Part shown: positions 15,764-20,000 of the stretch, one piece after another
Layout of the letters: each line of letters opens with the position of its first letter
How positions within the stretch are numbered: the first letter of the stretch is position 1
NCBI GenBank assembly: GCA_964441745.1
Contig: CAYTYR010000011.1
Span: 56,477-76,476, forward strand
Length of the DNA stretch: 20,000 nt
From: an uncultured Clostridia bacterium
Lineage (GTDB): Bacteria; CAYTYR01; UBA6262
Reading direction: 5' to 3'
Notes under the pieces: model-generated
The model's database searches: none
The model's input: the letters and a program-made list of their open reading frames with translations, nothing else
What the model was told of the DNA's origin: nothing
Position numbers and translations under genes: made by a program

Positions 15764-17335
15764 TTAATGAACCCGCGCCGATGTCTCGATCACTTCACCG
15801 CTCAAAACTATCTCTACCCGGCGATTCATTTGCCGTCCTTGAGCCGTGTCATTTGATTCGATCGGGTTGCTTTTCCCAAACCCGCGCGACACAATGGAAC
15901 TAGCCAGCACACCCTGGCTGACGAGGAAATCCAGCGCTGATTGGGCTCTGTTTTCCGATAACCGCTGATTGTAGGCATCGCTCCCGACACTGTCGGTGTG
16001 GCCTTCAACAACCAGTTTTAAGCCAGAATAAGACGATACGATCCCGGCAATTTTTGCCAATTTCTCGCGGACTAGCGGCTGCAACTCCGCACTTCCCGTT
16101 TTGAAAAGAGCGTCAGACATGTTGACGATGAGGCCCCGAGCGGTATCCCGCGTTTGCAAGATCAAATTTAGCTGTTGCAAGAGTTGAGCGCGTAGGACTA
16201 CTTTCTCGCTCTCCGCTTTTTGCGCTTTATCATCTGCCATTTGGGCCCGGCTATTGGCGTCATCAGCCTGTCCTTTTGATTCCACGGCCGCGGCCCGAGC
16301 CATCGTCGCGTCTGCTTGAGAGGCAGTTGATGATGCGGCGGCATTAGTGGCCAGGGTCAGAGCCGCGACGCGTTCGTTATCAGATTGTACTTTTGCTTTC
16401 TCGGCTTTGGCTTGAGCATTTTCCGCTTTTGTCTGGCCGGCAGCGGCGATAGAAGCCTGGCTATTAGCGCTGCTGATCTGCTTCTGCGCTTTCTGGCGTT
16501 CTTTCATAATTGCTTCATCCGCTTGTAGTTTCACGGCCATAGAGCGGCTGTCCTCAGCTATTTGCACAGCTTCACGCGCCGTCATCGAACGGCCTTTCAT
16601 ACCGCCCTCTTTTGTTTCAGATAAGGCCAGAAGTCTCTGCGCGTCTTTGAAACCATCAACCGCATAGGTTTCCGCACCAGCGGCTTTGGCTATCAGCACG
16701 GCATTCCGGGCTTGATAAACGTAGAATGGCGTCTTCTTATCCATCGTCTGCGGCTGCAGGTCCGTAGCAGCAATGTTCTTGCTGTATTGCCCTCTCGGGA
16801 GTAACTCGTATTTAGCATCAACTAATTCAATTTTCTCTTTATTATCCGGCTTGATCGCATTTTCCAGGATTACCACATTGCTTGGTTTTGAAACAGCGAA
16901 GTAAGGCTCCGCGGTTACGAGTAAACTCAAGGTCTGAAGGGTTGTTTTTGCGTCCAATTTACTTTCACCATCCTTAACGATCAGTTCACCGAGGTTGGTC
17001 GCCCGTCCATCCGGGGAGATAGCCCATAAGACATAGGTCAAATACTCAGAGCCAAACTGAGTTGGGGTCGTCAAGTTCTCAATTCTCGCCTGAATCCCTA
17101 TGATGCCGGCTTTGTTCTTAATAACAGCGTAGCCTTTGGCCGCGGGCAGAAGCACGGTGCCTTTGAAATCAATGTTAACGGATCCATTGAGATTCCGGTA
17201 ATTAATAGCTTGCGCCGGAGTCTGCACGACTGTGACTTGGTAAAGCGGCTGCTCAATAACCGGAGCTGCCGGAAGCTGGCTTTGCATCATCAATAGTGCT
17301 GTGAAAATGAACAATACGATCAGTGTTTTCTTCAT
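15764..17335 (-). CDS. OmpA-C (peptidoglycan-binding) protein with an N-terminal beta domain and an Ala-rich coiled coil
   Basis: Signal peptide, N-domain with YLTYVLWAISPDGRATNLGE...VTAEP, Ala/Gln/Lys-rich helix, and RGLIVNMSDALF...EGHTDSVGSDAYNQRLSENRA...GFGK...NRRVEI. Confidence 0.88.
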   Translation of the reverse strand: MKKTLIVLFIFTALLMMQSQLPAAPVIEQPLYQVTVVQTPAQAINYRNLNGSVNIDFKGTVLLPAAKGYAVIKNKAGIIGIQARIENLTTPTQFGSEYLTYVLWAISPDGRATNLGELIVKDGESKLDAKTTLQTLSLLVTAEPYFAVSKPSNVVILENAIKPDNKEKIELVDAKYELLPRGQYSKNIAATDLQPQTMDKKTPFYVYQARNAVLIAKAAGAETYAVDGFKDAQRLLALSETKEGGMKGRSMTAREAVQIAEDSRSMAVKLQADEAIMKERQKAQKQISSANSQASIAAAGQTKAENAQAKAEKAKVQSDNERVAALTLATNAAASSTASQADATMARAAAVESKGQADDANSRAQMADDKAQKAESEKVVLRAQLLQQLNLILQTRDTARGLIVNMSDALFKTGSAELQPLVREKLAKIAGIVSSYSGLKLVVEGHTDSVGSDAYNQRLSENRAQSALDFLVSQGVLASSIVSRGFGKSNPIESNDTAQGRQMNRRVEIVLSGEVIETSARVH

Positions 17336-17450
17336 ACTAATATCTCCTTTTCATTTTTTTTGCCAAACCTCTGTATATTCTAACTAATGGCTTTAGTTTG
17401 ACACCCTTCTCCTCTGATCTTAACACCCGTACCCCCCTTCTATATTACCT

Positions 17451-19613
17451 TTATATATACTGTATAGATTCGGCTAACAGCTTTGGTTCAAACTGGGTTC
17501 CTGATCTGCTTTTCAACTCTGTCAAGGCTTCTTGTTTGCTAACACCTTTGCGATAGGGCCTTATATTGGTCAGGGCATCATAGGCATCCATTATGGAGAA
17601 TAATCTGTCTTCCAGAGGTATTTGCTCTCCTTGTAACCCCTCCGGATACCCCTGCCCGTCCCAGTATTCATGATGATGGAGAATAAGACCAGCGATCGGG
17701 GATAAAGCCTTTGAACGATTAGCGAGATTATATCCTTTTTGAGCATGCTCCTTCATTTTCGCTCTTTCTTCATCAGTCAAAATATCAGGCTTAAATAGTA
17801 TTTTATCCGGGATACTTACTTTTCCCAGGTCATGCACCTTGGCCAATAGGACCAGATTTTTTCTTGTATCATCATTAAGATGCATTTTGTCGGCCATCGT
17901 CTCGGCCATTTTTGAAAGCCGTTCCGCGTGCCCCTGGTTGATAAAGTCTCTTTCGGCTAAGGCGGTTAATAAGATATCGACTATTTCATCCTTGGGGTGG
18001 ACCGTGCGAATATTTTTTATTTTATACATTTCCTCGTCTGCTCTTTGATAAAGTCCATAAATATTTTCGTTTTCATCATCCTGGGAGGTGGCCACCCCAA
18101 TGGACATATGCAGGTGGATGGCCGGATTTTCATTGCTATACGCTTTGACCATATCCGCAATTTCATTCCTTTTTTCGAGCGCGGCGAGATTATCAGTATG
18201 CGGCAGGATAACGCAGAATTCATCGCCGCCTAACCGGGCAACGATATCGATGCGCCTAAAAGGCCTGAGTATTAATTCAGCCGCCGCTTTTAATAAGGCA
18301 TCGCCAGACTGATGGCCAAACGTATCATTTATAAGTTTTAGCCCGTCTATATCTATGGACATGATACTCACGGGAGTCGAACGGGCGAGATCCTTATCCA
18401 GGCGAGTCATGGTTTCCGCGAAATATGTCCTATTATAAAGGCCGGTCAAGGAGTCATGAAAACTAAGTTTTTTAAAGCGTTCTTTGCTTTCAAAAAGCGC
18501 TTTTTCTATATTCCGGCGCGCGGTGATGTTGCGGATATTGCACTGGATCACTTTAAGACCATCGACACCGTACACATTGCTGACGAATTCAACGTCGATT
18601 ATTTTTCCGCTTTTTGTTTGCAGGGGCATATTTTCATACCGGATATATTTCTTAGTTTGCAGTTCCACAAACGCGTTCTTGCTTGTCTCCACGTCTTTTA
18701 TCGGCCCGATCTCCCATAGTTTTTTCCCCACAAATTGTTCCCGTGGATATTCCAGCATATCGATCAAATATGGATTAACGTCAACAATATATCCGGTGTC
18801 CGCATCGAGGATTAAGATACCGTCCTGCGCTGTTTCAAAAAGCCGGCGATAACGCGATTCAGAAAAGCTTAACGCTTCCTCTGCTTCCTTGCGCCCGGTG
18901 ATGTTTTGGACCTGAAATATATAATAAACCGGCACATCCAGCTTATTGTAGATCAGGGACGAATTCAGGGCGATCCAGAGACTAATTCCTTTTTTATTAA
19001 CACAACGTATTTCTAAGCTCGTGTCGTGGTTTTTGCCGTTAAACAGTTTGTCTTTAAACGTCTCTCCCGGACTAAGGTCATTTTTATTGATAATATCAAT
19101 GAAATTCATGGCCAGGAGCATTTTTTCCGTGTACCCCAAGATCTCACATAAAGAACAGTTTACTTTCAGGAAACTACCGCCCGTACCAACCAGGGCCATC
19201 CCAATGCCTGATAATTCAAACATGCTGCGAAATCGTTCTTCACTATCCTGTAATTTATCCGCTACCTTTTTGCTATCATCAATATCATGAAATATTTCCT
19301 GTATTATTTGCTTGCCTTCCACAATAGTCAGCGCTGAGGTCATCTGGACGAACCGTATCGTTCCTGAACTGGATATCACTTCTGCTTCCTCGTCAATAAC
19401 ACCGTATTTTTGGGTAAGTTTAGTGAACATATCAGTATAATATTCTGCTTGCTGGGAAGCATAAATTGTCGAATGATGCCGCCCAACGATCTCTTCTTTG
19501 CTTGATTTAAAGAGTATTTCCGCCGCTTTATTGCAGTTTATGATCAAGCCTGTCTGGGGGTCTGCCCAAATAATCGCATTTTTAGTATTTTGGGTCGTAA
19601 AACTCATTTCCAT
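17451..19613 (-). CDS. Cytoplasmic PAS-PAS-PAS-GGDEF-HD-GYP c-di-GMP enzyme
   Basis: Three PAS/PAC repeats, HDSLTGLYNR, DIDGLKLINDTFGH, RRID-x5-GGDEF (18216-18230), HDLGK, HHEYWDGQGYP and RPYR; no TM segment. Confidence 0.93.
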   Translation of the reverse strand: MEMSFTTQNTKNAIIWADPQTGLIINCNKAAEILFKSSKEEIVGRHHSTIYASQQAEYYTDMFTKLTQKYGVIDEEAEVISSSGTIRFVQMTSALTIVEGKQIIQEIFHDIDDSKKVADKLQDSEERFRSMFELSGIGMALVGTGGSFLKVNCSLCEILGYTEKMLLAMNFIDIINKNDLSPGETFKDKLFNGKNHDTSLEIRCVNKKGISLWIALNSSLIYNKLDVPVYYIFQVQNITGRKEAEEALSFSESRYRRLFETAQDGILILDADTGYIVDVNPYLIDMLEYPREQFVGKKLWEIGPIKDVETSKNAFVELQTKKYIRYENMPLQTKSGKIIDVEFVSNVYGVDGLKVIQCNIRNITARRNIEKALFESKERFKKLSFHDSLTGLYNRTYFAETMTRLDKDLARSTPVSIMSIDIDGLKLINDTFGHQSGDALLKAAAELILRPFRRIDIVARLGGDEFCVILPHTDNLAALEKRNEIADMVKAYSNENPAIHLHMSIGVATSQDDENENIYGLYQRADEEMYKIKNIRTVHPKDEIVDILLTALAERDFINQGHAERLSKMAETMADKMHLNDDTRKNLVLLAKVHDLGKVSIPDKILFKPDILTDEERAKMKEHAQKGYNLANRSKALSPIAGLILHHHEYWDGQGYPEGLQGEQIPLEDRLFSIMDAYDALTNIRPYRKGVSKQEALTELKSRSGTQFEPKLLAESIQYI

Positions 19614-19628
19614 AATTACGCTCTCCTC

Positions 19629-19823
19629 TTACTTTTTCACTACTCCTACTAACCCGGCAACGCTGGCGGCCAATCCGCCACCCAACAGCCAGAGCGCCTT
19701 ATCGGTAGGTTCGCCTGTGAAAAAGCGGGAAAGGTCTGAGGCTGCTGAATGATAGGCATTATACCCAAAAACCAGCAGGACCACTCCGGCAACTAACAGT
19801 ACAACTGATATACTTTTATTCAT
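19629..19823 (-). CDS. DUF3185-family small membrane protein
   Basis: LLVAGVVLLVFG...SDLSRFFTGEPTDKALWLL with two TM helices; AAGGAG RBS. Confidence 0.85.
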   Translation of the reverse strand: MNKSISVVLLVAGVVLLVFGYNAYHSAASDLSRFFTGEPTDKALWLLGGGLAASVAGLVGVVKK

Positions 19824-19842
19824 AGTATTCTCCTTTTGTTCT

Positions 19843-20000
19843 TTATTTCTTTAGGCCTGGCCCCTGGCGCTTTTGGTCAATCAAAAAGTAAATTACCATA
19901 CCAATAACCGGCAAAATAACTATTAACAGTATCCACAATGCCTTTTTGCCATTATCCATGGTACTTTTCAGGACATCAATAATGGCAACAATGTCCAGTA
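19843..20000 (-). CDS. PLDc_N-type (cardiolipin synthase N-terminus-like) small membrane protein, 3' part only
   Basis: Not in the ORF track. Reads ...LDIVAIIDVLKSTMDNGKKALWILLIVILPVIGMVIYFLIDQKRQGPGLKK*, matching the KxxWxxxxxxxPxxGxxxY pattern, and stops right after the domain. Confidence 0.85.
   Translation of the reverse strand, partial: LDIVAIIDVLKSTMDNGKKALWILLIVILPVIGMVIYFLIDQKRQGPGLKK

Noticed and set aside
17336-17450. Possible c-di-GMP riboswitch downstream of the GGDEF/HD-GYP gene
   Set aside because: Only weak pairings are present (AACTAA/TTAGTT, TGTCAAAC/GTTTGGCA) and I could not find the conserved GEMM-type motifs; an Rfam scan would settle it.
10037-17459. Identical 15-mer TTACCTTTATATATA at 10037-10051 and 17445-17459, roughly bracketing the PAP2-to-OmpA genes like att sites
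   Set aside because: It is AT-rich and low complexity, so a match of this length is plausible by chance in 20 kb. The copies overlap the TetR promoter and the HD-GYP stop codon, and no integrase or tRNA is present.
1-20000. CRISPR arrays, tRNA/rRNA genes, transposases, prophage or anti-phage defence genes
   Set aside because: No regularly spaced repeats, RNA-gene signatures or matching protein motifs were seen, and the intergenic gaps are short and mostly accounted for.

Overview
A 20-kb chromosomal segment of a diderm (outer-membrane) bacterium; the taxon cannot be determined from the sequence alone. All but one gene lie on the minus strand. The left half (1-10076) holds a partial secreted or outer-membrane protein, rsgA, an N-terminally truncated CorA, a short-chain chromate-transporter pair, a Spy/CpxP-family gene with an ECF-sigma-like promoter, and a TetR-TolC-adaptor-RND operon. 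That operon is intact but atypical: the adaptor appears to lack the alpha-hairpin and lipoyl domains, and the permease lacks the AcrB D407/D408/K940 proton-relay residues. The right half (10148-20000) is a co-oriented block of 12 genes, almost all envelope-related. In transcription order they are a PLDc_N-type small protein, DUF3185, a PAS3-GGDEF-HD-GYP protein, an OmpA-C protein with an RskA-like N-domain, a secreted hypothetical, an lmo0937-family small protein, a BON lipoprotein, an OprF/OmpA-like protein, a conserved lipoprotein, a DUF3943 outer-membrane protein and two tandem PAP2 phosphatases. This block is a candidate uncharacterised c-di-GMP-linked envelope-stress or remodelling system. 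No rRNA, tRNA, CRISPR array, integrase or transposase was seen. All family calls are by-eye motif recognition, not database searches.
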